64,000 bases of DNA from assembly GCF_902713615.1 (NCBI RefSeq), contig NC_052149.1:126111256-126175255 (forward strand). Reading direction: 5' to 3'. The notes beneath the pieces were generated by a model, which was not told where the DNA came from, searched no databases, and saw nothing but the letters and a program-made list of their open reading frames with translations. Shown one piece after another: positions 9,755 to 21,718 of the stretch (positions are counted from its first letter, which is position 1; each line of letters starts with the position of its first letter). The translations under genes and the position numbers were made by a program. Source of the DNA: Scyliorhinus canicula (Eukaryota).

Positions 9755-11300
9755 AACATTGAAACATAGAAAATAGGTGGAGTGGGCCATTCGGCCCTTC
9801 AAGCCTGCACCACCATTCAATATGATCATTGCTGATTATGCAAATTCAGAATTCCACTCCCGCTTTCTCTCCATACCCCTTGATCCCTTTAGCTGCAAGG
9901 GCCACGTCTAGTTATCTCTTGAATATATCCAACGAACTGAACCCAACAGCTTTCTGTGGTAGAGGATTCCACAAGTTCACAACTCTCGGAGAGAAGAAGC
10001 TCTTCCTCATATCAGACCTGAATGGCTGCCCCTTATTCTCAGGCTGTGACCCCTTGTTCTGGACGTCCCGAACATCGGGAACATTCTTCCCACATCCAGC
10101 CTGTCCTGGTCTCATTAGGATTTATATGTTTCTATGAATTCCCCTCTCAGTCTTCTAAACTCCAGTACAAGCCCAGTCTTTCTTACTCAGTCCTGCCATC
10201 CCGGGAATTAGCCTTCGCTGTACACCCTCAATAGCAAGAATGTCCTTCCTCAAACCAGGAGACCAAAACTGCACGCATTACTCAAAGCATGTCCTCACAT
10301 AGGGCAGCACGGTGCCTAGTGTGTTAGCACAACCGCCTCACGGCGCTGAGGTCCCAGGTTCGTCCCGGTTCTGGGTCACTGTCCGTGTGGAGTTTTGCAC
10401 ATTCTTCCCCGTGTCTGCGTGGGTTTCGCCCCCACAACCCAAAAATGTGCAGAGTAGTGGATTGGCCACGCTAAATTGCCCCTTATTGAAAAAAAAAAAT
10501 AATTGGGTAGTCTAAATTTACAAAAAAAGACATGTCCTCACCAAGGTCCTGTATAACTGCAGCAAGGCTTCCCTGCTCCTATACTCAAATAATGGGGCAG
10601 CACGGTAGCATGGTGGTTAGCATAATGCTTCACAGCTCCAGGGTTCCAGGTTCGATTCCCGGCTGGGTCACTGTCTGTGTGGAGTCTGCATGTCCTCCCC
10701 GTGTGTGCGTGGGTTTCCTCCGGGTGCTCCGGTTTCCTCCCACAGTCCAAAGATGTGCGGGTTAGGTGGATTGGCCATGCTAAATTGCCCGTAGTGTCCT
10801 AAAAAGTAAGGTTGGGGGGGGGGGGGGGGGGGGCGTTGTTGGGTTACGGGTATAGGGTGGATACATGGGTTTGAGTAGGGTGATCATTGCTCGGCACAAC
10901 ATCGAGGGCCAAAGGACCTGTTCTGTGCTGTACTGTTCTATTCTATAATTTTGCCATAAAGGCCAGCATACCATTAGCTTTCCTCCACCGCCTGCTGTAC
11001 CTGCATGCCGACCTTCAGCTACCGTTCCACCATGACATCCAGGTGCTCGTTGCACTTTTCCTAAAGTGCCATCATTTCAGAGAGTAATCCTGCTTTCTGT
11101 TTTTTGCCACCGAAGTGCATAATCTCATATTACCCACATTATATTGCATTTGTCAAGTATTTGCCCTCTCAAGGCCAGCCCTGTCTCGGTACCCTGCAGC
11201 CTCTTTGCATTTTCCTCACGGCACACAGTCACCCAGCTTAGTGTTGTCTGCAAATTTAGAGATATTGCATGCAAATCTTATTTCACTATCATTAATGTAT
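9755..11300 (-). mobile_element. CR1 3' fragment with two nested HE1-type SINEs (+; 10302-10530 and 10594-10947); copy 2 ~47990-49520
   Basis: CR1 C-terminal motif (MRKSFFSPRVVNLWNPLP). SINE A/B boxes; CATGTCCTCAC TSD around the first SINE. Confidence 0.8.
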
Positions 11301-11304
11301 ATTG

Positions 11305-11448
11305 ACCTGTTACCCCTAACCTCACCCTGACCTGTTACCCCAGACCTCATGACCTGTTACCCCTAACCTCATTGACCTGTTACCCCTAACCGCACTGACC
11401 TGTTACCCCTAACCCTCACTGACCTGTTACCCCTAACCTCACTGACCT
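11305..11448 (+). repeat. 23-bp minisatellite CCTCACTGACCTGTTACCCCTAA (~6 units; ~17 units at 49526-49921)
   Basis: Read directly; further degenerate units at ~9700-9750 and ~12180-12225. Confidence 0.9.
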
Positions 11449-11449
11449 T

Positions 11450-12155
11450 GGGCGGAATTATCCGACCCCCCGCAGGGTCAGGGACATTGCCTGGGCCGGT
11501 GTAAATCCCACCCCCGCCGTGGCCGGAATTTCTCTGCCCCCCGGGAATCGACAGGGGCGGGAATCACGACCCTGCCGGTCGGCGGGCCCCCTGCAGCGAT
11601 CCTTCGGCCCGGGATGGGCTGAAGTCCCGCCGCTGTCAGGCCTCTCCCGCCAACGTGGTTTAAACCACCTCTGTGCCGGCGGGATTGGTGGCACGGGCAG
11701 GCCCCCGGGGTCCGGGGGGGGGGGGGGGGGGGGGGCGCGGGGGCGATCGGACATCAGGGGTGCCCCCACGGTGGCCTGGCCGGTGATCGGGGCCCACCGA
11801 TCGGTGGGCGGGCCGTGGCCGTGGGGCACTCTTTTTCTTTCCGCCGCAGCCACGGCCTCCACCATGGAGGAGGTGGAAGAGACACCCTCCACCGCGCATG
11901 CACCAGTGGTGACGTCAGCGGCTGCTGACGCTCCGGCGCATGCGCGGACTCATGCCGACCGGCGAAGGCCTATCGGCCAGCCCCGACGCCGGCGGCGTGG
12001 CGCCAAAGGCAGTTGGTGGAGCGGAGCCACTCCGGCGCGGGCCTAGCCCCTAAAGGTGCGGAGAATTCTGAACCTTTGGGGAGGCCCGATGCCGGAGTGG
12101 TTGGCAAACCGGGACCCACACCACCCCGCCCGCCGGGTAGGGGAGAATTTCGCCA
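11450..12155. mobile_element. GC-rich Harbinger-type TIR element (copy 2 49923-50632)
   Basis: Copy 2 TIRs GGGCGGAATTATC / GAGAATTTCACCC, flanks CTG/ATG; inserted within the minisatellite. Confidence 0.65.
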
Positions 12156-12994
12156 ATGTTTCCCGGGTGCCTGTGCCCTAGTACCCCAGACCTCACTGAA
12201 CTGTTACCCCTTACCTCACTGACCCACAATCTCTGTCCTCCATTACCTTCAGGGAAGCGTCATTCCTCCCTACCCTTGTGTTCGGCTGCAGACTCACATT
12301 GTCTCCCTCACCCCCTCCATCTTCTGACTCTGGTCTCCTGCCCATCGCTGTTTGCTTCATCCCACCATTGGCAGCAGAGCTTTCAGATGCCTTGGCTCTG
12401 CTCTCTGACTCTGACCTTTTAAATCTCTTCCCCTCTCCTGGCTTCTTTTTTCTCCATCAAACTTAATCTGTTCACCTCAGCCTTTTATCAATCTTCCTAA
12501 GGTCCCCCCAACACCCTTCCCCGCTACTCTTACTGCCTCTCTGTGAAAATATCCTGGGATGTTTTTACACATTAAGGCGCTAGATATATTCAGGATGCGA
12601 GTAAATTCTGGGTGGGGACAAAAGTGGACAAAATGGTGATGGATCTTGCAGTCAAATATCCTGCTGAGAGGGTCCAGAATGCCACACACAAAATAGGGAA
12701 GTAGGGTGGAGTTTTTTTTATGTTTCCATTTCTGGGACTTGGGGGTCACGATCCAGAACAGCTTTCATTGCCCATCCCTAATTCTCCTTGGAAAGGTGCT
12801 TGAACCGCTGCAGGCCCTTTGGTGTAGGAACATCCACTGTGCAGTTTAGGGAGGGAGTTCCAGGACTTTGACCCAGTGATAGTGAAGGAACGGCGATATA
12901 TTTCCAAGTCAGAATGGTGAGTAACTGGGAGGGGAACTTACAGATGATGGTGCTCCACTTATCTGCTGCCCTTGTCTCTCTAGATGTCTCTCTT

Positions 12995-13295
12995 TGATGT
13001 ACCATCAATCGGACTCGAGTCGTGAAGAAGTTCCAAATATCAGGCTTTAATTAACTAGTTGTGTGCCCGGCAGTCGACTTACAGAGAAAGGCCGACTGCT
13101 GCTGTTACGGGTTCTTATACCCCGCCTCGTAGGAGGGGCTAGACCGCCTCTCGGCCAATCGGCGAGCAGTCACATGACTAGCCTCAGCCAATTGGCAGAG
13201 AGGTACATGACCTGCCTGAGCCAATGGCAGCGAGACCTCTGCACCAATGCAGCACTGCTCTGAGGTACCGTAAACCTCCTAGTCATACCACCACA
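12995..13295 (-). mobile_element. Solo LTR (copy 2 51468-51770)
   Basis: Minus strand TGTGGTGGTAT...TACATCA, TATAAG, ATTAAA; GATG repeated in the flanks (left copy offset by 8 nt). Confidence 0.7.
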
Positions 13296-13559
13296 GATGG
13301 TAGAGGTCATGAGTTTGGAAGGTGTTGCCTGAGTAAACTTGGTGAGTTTCTGCAGGGCATCTTGTAGATGGTACACACAGCAGCTACTGTGCGTCGGTGG
13401 TGGAGGGAGTGATTGTTTTATGGAAGGGCTGTTAATCAAGCGGCTACTTTGTCCTGGATGGTGTCGAGCTTCTTGAGTGTTGTTAGAGCTGCACGCACCC
13501 AGGCAAGTAGAGAGTATCACACTCCTGACTTGTGCCTTTTGGTATCTCTCACCTCACCT

Positions 13560-14857
13560 CTGGCATTCAGCTCTTTGTCCATGTTTGAACCAAGGCTGTT
13601 GTAAATGTCCTTCCTGTTTATTCCTTTACTTCCCCTTTCTTTATTTTTGCTATTACATCTTTAATCCATAGATAATTTATGGACCTGTCTCTTTAAGGAA
13701 AGTGGCCTGTGCCTTTAATTTGAACAGAAGAATCCAGAAAAGACTGCTGATTGCAGATTGGCCAGTGTCAGTGATGACTCGGTTTGACCGATTTGGCTGG
13801 TGGCCAATAAATGGCCCCAAAAGGCCGTGTTCTGCCCGGTAACAGGTTGTGCTTGGATCTGTTCCCACTGAAATGGCTCAGAGACCTAATGTGGTTTCAG
13901 TTTCGCGATGGAAGCTGATAGATAAAACTTATTTTTTTTGCACTTTGTTCCAGAAATAACCACCAAATTCTCACCAAATGCCCACTTTGGGAAGCAGCTC
14001 TTGCTGCAGAAAAGGCTGATGTGAAGCCAGGCGCCTGGGCTGGAAAAGCTGTGAGTAAGGTCTACTGCTGAACGGCAAAGAAGATAATTGCGAGCTGTAG
14101 TTCAGCAACGTTAATCCACACTCATACTGTGAAGAAAGTACATAGAGTACATAGAACAGTACAGCACAGAACAGGCCCTTCGGCCCTCAATGTTGTGCCG
14201 AGCCATGATCACCCTACTCAAACCCACGTATCCACCCTATACCCGTAACCAATAACCCCCCACCTTAACCTTACTTTTATTAGGACACTACGGGCAATTT
14301 AGCATGGCTAATCCACCAACCCGCACATCTTTGGACTGTGGGAGGAAACCGGAGCACCGGAGGGAAACCCACGCACACAGGGGGAGGACGTGCAGACTCC
14401 ACACAGACAGTGACCCAGCCGGGAATCGAACCTGGGACCCTGGAGCTGTGAAGCATTTATGCTAACCACCATGCTACCCTGCTGCCCCTGACATTAAAGA
14501 ACTCATCATCTGAAGCAAGGACTCTTATCTTTTGATCTGAAGGCTTATTTTTGTAACTCCTTTCCACCCCTCTGTGCTTGTTTGTCTAGTGTGTGTGGGT
14601 GGAGGGTGGGACGGTTAAAGGAGGAGTCAGGTGCTAACATGTCATTAAGCACTGTGTTTACTGCATATTCATATTTGTCCTTGTTATAAATAAAAAGTAA
14701 TTGTGAATAAACTTACAACCTGGTGACTGTAATTATCAGATAGCCAAAGGCCAATGTTTTGGGGATCTTTATGAGAATTATTGGTTAATTCACATTGTGG
14801 TTGTGACTCTGGGCATGTGGGGCTGGAATTGACCGTGCACTTGCCCAGTGTACATGA
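13560..14857 (+). mobile_element. Possible degenerate solo LTR inserted in the LINE
   Basis: Interrupts LINE collinearity; AATAAA near 14690; no clear TG..CA or TSD found. Confidence 0.3.
14144..14490 (-). mobile_element. HE1-type SINE present only in copy 1
   Basis: Full head to (TTCTATG)-type tail; ACAT on both sides; empty site AAAGTACATTAAAGA at ~52610 in copy 2. Confidence 0.9.
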
Positions 14858-16812
14858 GGTCAGGAGCTGAGTGACCCTGGCACAACCCAAACTGGGCGTC
14901 CGTGAGCAGGTTATTGTGAAGTAAGTACCACTTGATAGCACTGTTGATGACCCCTTCCATCAATTGACTGATGATTGAGAGTAGACTGATGGGGAGGTAA
15001 TTGTCCTATTTCTTGTGGGCTGGATATGCCTGGGCAAGTTTCCACATTGCTGTACTGGAACAGCTTGGCTAGGGGTGCGGCAAGTTCTTGAGCACAAGTC
15101 GTCAGTACTATTGCTGGAATATTTACAGGGCACACAGCCTGTGCAGTATCCAGGGCCTTCAGCCATTTCTTGATATCACGTGGAGTGAATCGAATTGGGT
15201 GAAGATTGATATCTGTGATGCTGCAGACCTCTGGAGGAGACCGAGACGGATCATCCACTTGGCACTTCTGGCTGAACATTATTGCGAATGTTTGATCCTT
15301 GTTTTTTGCACAGATGTGCTGAGTTCCCACATCATTAAGGGTGGAGATATTTTGGAACCTCCTCCTCCAGCGGGATGTTTAATTATCCACCACCATTAAC
15401 AACTGGATGTGGCAGGACGGTAGAGCTTAAATATGATCCATTGGTTGTGGGATCGCTTAGCTCTGTCTGTCACTTGCTGCGTGTGCTGTTTGGTAGCTTC
15501 CCCAGGTTGACACCCCATTTTTCGGTCTGCCTGGTGCTGCTCCTTGTGTCCTCCTGCACTCTTCATTGAACCAGGGTTGACCCCCTGGTTGGTGATAATG
15601 GTAGCAGTGAGGAATATGTTGGGCCTTGAGGTAAAAGACTGTGGTTGAATACAATTCTGTTGCTGCTGATGGCCCACAGCATCTCACGGGGTGCCCAATC
15701 TTGAGTGCTTGGATCCCTTTGAAGTCTATCCCATTTTGCATGGCAGTAGTGCCACACATGATGCAGGGTTCCTCAATGTGAAGATGGGACTTTATCCCTG
15801 TGTGTGGTGGTCACTCCTACCAATACTGTCATGGACAGATGTATCCGTAGCAGGCAGGTTGGTGAGGATGAGGTCAAGTATGTTTGTCCCTCTTGTTGGT
15901 TCCCTCACCACCTGCTGCAGTCCCAGTCTAGCAGCTATGTCCTTTATGTCTCTGGCCAGCTCGGTCTGTGGCAGTACTACTGAGCCACTCTTGGCGATGG
16001 ACATTGAACGTCCCCACCCAGAATACAATTGCCCCATTTCCTCAGTGCTACTTCCAATTAGAGTTCAACATGGTGGAGTTCTGATTCATAAACTGCAGTC
16101 GATGGTAACCAGCAGGAGGTTTCCTTGTCCATGTTTGACCTGGTACCATGAAGCTACATGGAGTCTGGATTCAATGTTGAGGATTCCCAGGGCAATTCCC
16201 GAAAGTTTACCACTGCGCCCACACCCCTGCTGGGTCTGTCCTGCCGGTGATACAGGACATACCCAGGCATGGTGATGGTGGTGTCTGGGACATTATCTAT
16301 AAGGTATGATTCTGTGGGTGTGACTATGTCAGGCTGTTGCTGACTAGTCGGTGGGACAGCTCTCCCAATTCTAACACAAGCCCCCAGATATCAGGAAGGA
16401 AGGACTTTGCAGGGTCGACAGGCTGGGTTTGCTTGGGTTGTTTCCGGGGTCTATGTCGATGTCGGGTGGTCTGTTCGGTTTCATTCCTTTTAGAATTTTC
16501 AGCGATTTGATACAACTGAGTGGCTATTTCAGAGTCAACCACATTGCTGTGGGTCTGGAGTCACATGTAGGCCAGACCAGGTAAGGACGGCAGATTCCCT
16601 TCCCTCAAGGACATTAGTGAACCAGACGTGTATGTGCGACAATCGACAATGTTTCATTACTGAGACAAGCTTTTAATTCCAGATTTATTCATTGAATTAA
16701 TTGAATTTAAATTGCACCAGCTGCCATGGTGGGATTTGAACCTTGACCAGAGCATTAGCCTGGCCTCTGGATTACTAGTCCAGTGACATTACCAACACCA
16801 CGGCCTCCCCCA

Positions 16813-16912
16813 NNNNNNNNNNNNNNNNNNNNNNNNNNNNNNNNNNNNNNNNNNNNNNNNNNNNNNNNNNNNNNNNNNNNNNNNNNNNNNNNNNNNNNNN
16901 NNNNNNNNNNNN
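16813..16912. other. Assembly gap (100 N, probably unsized)
   Basis: Exactly 100 N. Confidence 0.99.
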
Positions 16913-19310
16913 AATCTCCTCTGCACCCGTTCCAAAGCTTCCACGTCCTTCCTATAATGAGGCGACCAGAACTGTACGCAATACTCCAAATGCGGCCGTA
17001 CTAGAGTTTTGTACAACTGCAACATGACCTCATGGCTCCAGAACTCAATCCCTCTACCAATAAAGGCCAACACACCATAGGCCTTCTTCACAACCCTATC
17101 AACCTGGGTGGCAACTTTCAGGGATCTATGTACATGGACACCGAGATCCCTCTGCTCATCCACACTACCAGGAATTTTACCATTAGCCAAATATTCCGCA
17201 TTCCTGTTATTCTTTCCAAAGTGAATCACCTCACACTTCTCCACATTAAACTCCATTTGCCACCTCTCAGCCCAGCTCTGCAGCTTATCTATGTCCCTCT
17301 GTAACCTGCAACATCCTTCCGCACTGTCTACAACTCCACCGACTTTAGTGTCGTCTGCAAATTTACTCACCCATCCTTCTGCGCCCTCCTCTAGGTCATT
17401 TATAAAAATGACAAACAGCAACGGCCCCAGAACAGATCCTTGTGGTACGCCACTCGTAACTGAACTCCATTCTGAACATTTCCCATCAACTACCACTCTC
17501 TGTCTTCTTTCAACTAGCCAATTTCTGATCCACATCTCTAAATCACCCTCAATCCCCAGCCTCCGTATTTTCTGCAATAGCCGACCGTGGGGAACCTTAT
17601 CAAACGCTTTACTGAAATCCATCATCAACTGCTCTACCCTCGTCTACCTGTTCAGTCACCTTCTCAAAGAACTCGATAAGGTTTGTGAGGCATGACCTAC
17701 CCTTCACAAAACCATGCTGACTATCCCTAATCATATTATTCCTATCTAGATGATTATAAATCGAATCTTTTATAATCCTCTCCAAGACTTTACCCACCAC
17801 AGACGTTCGGCTCACCGGCCTATAGTTACCGGGGTTATCTCTACTCCCCTTCTTGAACAAAGGGACCACATTTGCTATCCTCCAGTCCTCTGGCACTATT
17901 CCTGTAGCCAATGATGACCTAAAAATCAAAGCCAAAAGCTCAGCAATCTCTTCCCTGGCTTCCCAGAGAATCCTAGGATAAATCCCATCCGGCCCCGGGG
18001 ACTTATCTATTTTCACCTTGTCCAGAATTGCCAACACTTCTTCCCTACGCACCTCAATGCCATCTCTTCTAATAGCCTGGGTCTCAGCATTCTCCTCCAC
18101 AATATTATCTTTTTCTTGAGTGAATACTGACGAAAAGTATTCATTTAGTATCTCGCTTATCTCCTCAGCCTCCACACACAACTTCCCACCACTGTCCTTG
18201 ACTGGCCCTACTCTTACCCTAGTCATTCTTTTATTCCTGACATACCTATAGAAAGCTTTTGGGTTTTCCTTGATCCTACCTGCCAAAGACTTCTCATGTC
18301 CCCTCCTTGCTCATCTCAGCTCTCTCTTTAGATCCTTCCTCGCTTCCTTGTAACTATCAAGCGCCCCAACTGAAACTTTACGCCTCATCTTCACATAGGC
18401 CTCCTTCTTCCTCTTAACAAGAGATTCCACTTCTTTGGTAAACCATGGTTCCCTCGCTCGACCCCTTCCTCCCTGCCTGACTGGTACGTACTTATCAAGA
18501 ACATGCAATAGCTGTTCCTTGAACAAGCTCCACATATCCAGTGTGCCCAACCCTTGCAGCCTACTTCTCCAACCAACACATCCTAAGTCATGTCTAATGG
18601 CATCATAATTGCCCTTCCCCCAGCTATAACTCTTGCCCTGCGGGGTATACTTATCCCTTTCCATCACTAACGTAAAGGTCACCGAATTGTGGTCACTGTT
18701 TCCAAAGTGCTCACCTACCTCCAGATCTAACACCTGGCCTGGTTCATTACCCAAAACCAAATCCAATGTGGCCTCGCCTCTTGTTGGCCTGTCAACATAT
18801 TGTGTCAGGAAACCATCCTGCACACATTGTACAAAGAATGACCCATCTAATGTACTCGAACTATATCTTTTCCAGTCAATATTTGGAAAGTTAAAGTCTC
18901 CCATAACAACTACCCTGTTACTTTCGCTCTTTTCCAGAATCATCTTCGCCATCCTTTCCTCTACATCCCTAGAACTATTAGGTGGCCTATAGAAAACTCC
19001 CAATAGGGTGACCTCTCCTTTCCTGTTTCTAACCTCAGCCCATACTACCTCAGAAGAAGAGTCCCCATCTAGCATCCTTTCCGCCACCGTAATACTGTCC
19101 TTGACTAGCAGCGCCACACCTCCCCCTCTTTTGCCCCTTCTCCGAGCTTACTAAAACACCTAAACCCCGGAACCTGCAACAACCATTCCTGTCCCTGCTC
19201 TATCCATGTCTCTGAAATGGCCACAACATCGAAGTCCCAGGTACCAACCCATGCTGCCAGTTCCCCTACCTTATTTCGTATACTCCTGGCATTGAAGTAG
19301 ACACACTTCA
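16913..19310 (-). pseudogene. CR1 ORF2: APE endonuclease plus reverse transcriptase, ~3 frameshifts
   Basis: YFNARS..ISETW, GDFN, SDH; GPDGI, QHGF, QGSVLGP, FADD in ORFs 19105..19446, 18311..19117, 17609..18286, 16789..17628. Confidence 0.93.
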
Positions 19311-19427
19311 AACCACCTACCTGAACACTGGCACCCTCCTGCGAAGCCAAATCTGTGCTCCTGACCTCTATACTCTCAATCTCCCGTACCCCAAAACTAC
19401 AATCCAGGTTCCCATGCCCCTGCTGAA

Positions 19428-20353
19428 TTAGTTTAAACCCCCCCAAAGAGCGCTAACAAATCTCCCCCCCAGGATATTGGTGCCCCTCAGGTTCAGATGT
19501 AGACCATCCTGTCTATAGAGGTCCCACCTTCCCCAGAAAGAGCCCCAGTTATCCAGAAATCTGAATCCCTCCCGCCTGCACCATCCCTGTAGCCACGTGT
19601 TTAATTGCTCTCTCTCCCTATTCCTCATCTCACTATCACGTGGCACGGGCAACAACCCAGAGATAACAACTCTGTTTGTTCTCGCTCTGAGCTTCCATCC
19701 TAGCTCCCTAAAGGCCTGCCTGACATCCTTGTCCCCTTTCCTACCTATGTCGTTAGTGCCAATGTGGACTACGACTTGGGGCTGCTCCCCTCCCCCTTAA
19801 GGACCCGGAAAACACGATCCGAGACATCACGTACCCTTGCACCTGGGAGGCAACATACCAAACGTGAGTCTCTCTCGCTCCCACAAAATCTCTTATCTGT
19901 GCTCCTGACTATTGAGTCCCCAATTACTAATGTTCTACTCCTTTCCCCCCTTCCCTTCTGAGCAACAGGGACAGACTCCGTGCCAGAGGCCCGTACCCCA
20001 TGGCTTACCCCTGGTAAGTCGTCCCCCCCACAAGTATCCAAAACGGTATACTTGTTACTCAGGGGAACGACCGCAGGGGGTCCCTGCACTGACTGCTTCT
20101 TCCCAGTCCCTCTTACAGTTACCCATCTATCTCCAGTCTTTGGTGTAACTACTTCCCTGAAGCTCCTATCTATGACCCCCTCTGCCTCCCGAATGATCCA
20201 AAGTTCATCCAGCTCAAGCTCCAGGTCCCTAACACGGTTTTTGAGGAGCTGGAGTTGGGTGCACTTCCCACAGATGAAATCAGCAGGGACACTGACGGCG
20301 TCCCTCACCTCAAACATTCTGCAGGAGGAGCATTGTACTGCCTTCCCTGACAT
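19428..20353 (-). pseudogene. CR1 ORF1: Cys-rich zinc finger plus SGNH esterase; one frameshift near 19780
   Basis: CSSC..CGKC; GDSIV, G(A)RV, GTND, DGLH motifs in ORFs 19769..20377 and 19428..19655. Confidence 0.9.
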
Positions 20354-20602
20354 CACCTCTAGATTAAAAAAAAACAAGAAAAAGAAAAAGAAAGGAAGAG
20401 CTTACCTGATATTACCTCAAACCCTGCTCCCGCTGAAAGGTAAGCAAATTTAAAGGCACTCACTCACCTTCACGACAGGCCCCTGCTCCCGCTTCCCAAC
20501 CACCGTGGGGTGGGGGGGTTGGTTAGAGGAGGAGGTAGGGTGGGAAACACTCACAAAGTGTTTCCGGTTTAACTGTCACTTGCCAACAGCCCCTCCACAA
20601 AC

Positions 20603-21080
20603 CACCTTCAACTTAGGCTGACCGCACTGCACGTATGCAAATTTCCCCAGAACAGCTGATCAGTAGCTCTGCTCTGCTGCCCTCTGCTGGATGCTTGCCT
20701 TCACTCAAACTCCTTGGGTCTCCTTCGCAGGTTCACCTTCAACTTAGGCTGACCGCACTGCAAGTATGCAAATTTCCCCAGAAGAGCTGATCAGTAGCTC
20801 TGCTCTGCTGCCCTCTGCTGGATGCTTGCCTTCACTCAAACTCCTTGGTCTCCTTCGCAGGTTCACCTTCAACTTAGGCTGACCGCACTGCACGTATGCA
20901 AATTTCCCCAGAACAGCTGATCAGTAGCTCTGCTCTGCTGCCCTCTGCTGGATGCTTGCCTTCACTCAAACTCCTTGGGTCTCCTTCGCAGGTTCAGCTT
21001 CAACTTAGGCTGACCGCACTGCACGTATGCAAATTTCCCCAGAACAGCTGATCAGTAGCTCTGCTCTGCTGCCCTCTGCA
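20603..21080 (-). repeat. 131-bp tandem monomers x3.6 at the CR1 5' end, each with a perfect octamer
   Basis: Units start at 20603, 20734, 20864, 20995; ATGCAAAT at 20635, 20766, 20896, 21027. Confidence 0.95.
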
Positions 21081-21090
21081 TGTTATAACA

Positions 21091-21718
21091 ATCTGGAATC
21101 TCTGAGTTTCCAAGATTCAAATCAGAAAAGAGACTGAAAGTTGCTGGGATTAAATCATCACAATCACAATTCTCCAACCCATATTCCCCACCTCCCCCTT
21201 CTCCCATATTCTCCCTGTGTCTGTGTGGGTTTTCTTTGGGTGCTCCGGTTCCCCCACAGTCCAAAGATGTGCAGGTTAGGTGGATTGTTCATGCTAAATT
21301 GCCCTCAGTGTCCAAAAAGGTTAGGTGGGGTTACTGGGTTACGAGGATAGGGTAGAGACATGAGCTTGGGTGGGGTGCTCTTTCCAAGGGCCGGTGCGCA
21401 CTCGATGGGCTGAATGGCCTCCTTCTGCATTGTAAATTCTATGAATTCAATGAAGTCTATGAATTGTATATGGCCTTAACTCCTCACGTGGTATCACTAC
21501 TCCCAGTGTTTCAATCACAGATAAGACCATCTCTGATCACTTCCTTATATCACTCCCCACCCACATCCCCCTTTCACACCCCAACCCTACCCCTTTCTGT
21601 ATCCATCCCTGGAAAAACCTATTCCCCAATTCACTTCCAACGGCACCTTTCAAAATGCCAACTATCTGTCTCTGGCCCTCCGATCACCACAACATTTCTG
21701 CAGAGACTGATTTACTCA
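21091..21718 (+). repeat. Inverted paralog of the C-exon 3' flank (37308-37663), with a nested SINE fragment (~21201-21470)
   Basis: Roughly 92-95% identity by eye, including the same unique-sequence/L2 junction. Confidence 0.85.

Larger units (their letters stand above)
12766..16811 (-). mobile_element. Degenerate tRNA-headed APE-RT LINE with internal deletions and nested insertions (copy 2 ~51240-54940)
   Basis: A/B-box head, then APE N-terminus (GLVxxLGELSHRLV..QPDIV..TESYL..RGGGTVVY), LDLILTN..SDH motif, PWFNEECRR, RT N-terminal remnants, 3' tail at ~12766. Confidence 0.65.
1..16812 (+). repeat. Segmental duplication copy 1 (paralog of 39093-54942), containing kappa J, V and upstream flank
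   Basis: Near-identical sequence and ORF track at an initial offset of 39092 (ORF 158..346 = 39250..39438). Homology runs up to the N-gap at 16813. Confidence 0.95.
16913..21080 (-). mobile_element. Near-full-length CR1 LINE with intact 5' end; 3' end lost in the gap
   Basis: 5' tandem repeats, ORF1 and ORF2 collinear with only a few frameshifts. Confidence 0.95.

Noticed and set aside
10302-10690. tRNA genes
   Set aside because: A/B boxes belong to SINE heads followed by V-domain cores and LINE-like tails; no full cloverleaf.
16913-20353. Treating the CR1 as definitely dead or definitely active
   Set aside because: Its few frameshifts could be real or consensus errors near a contig end; raw reads are needed.
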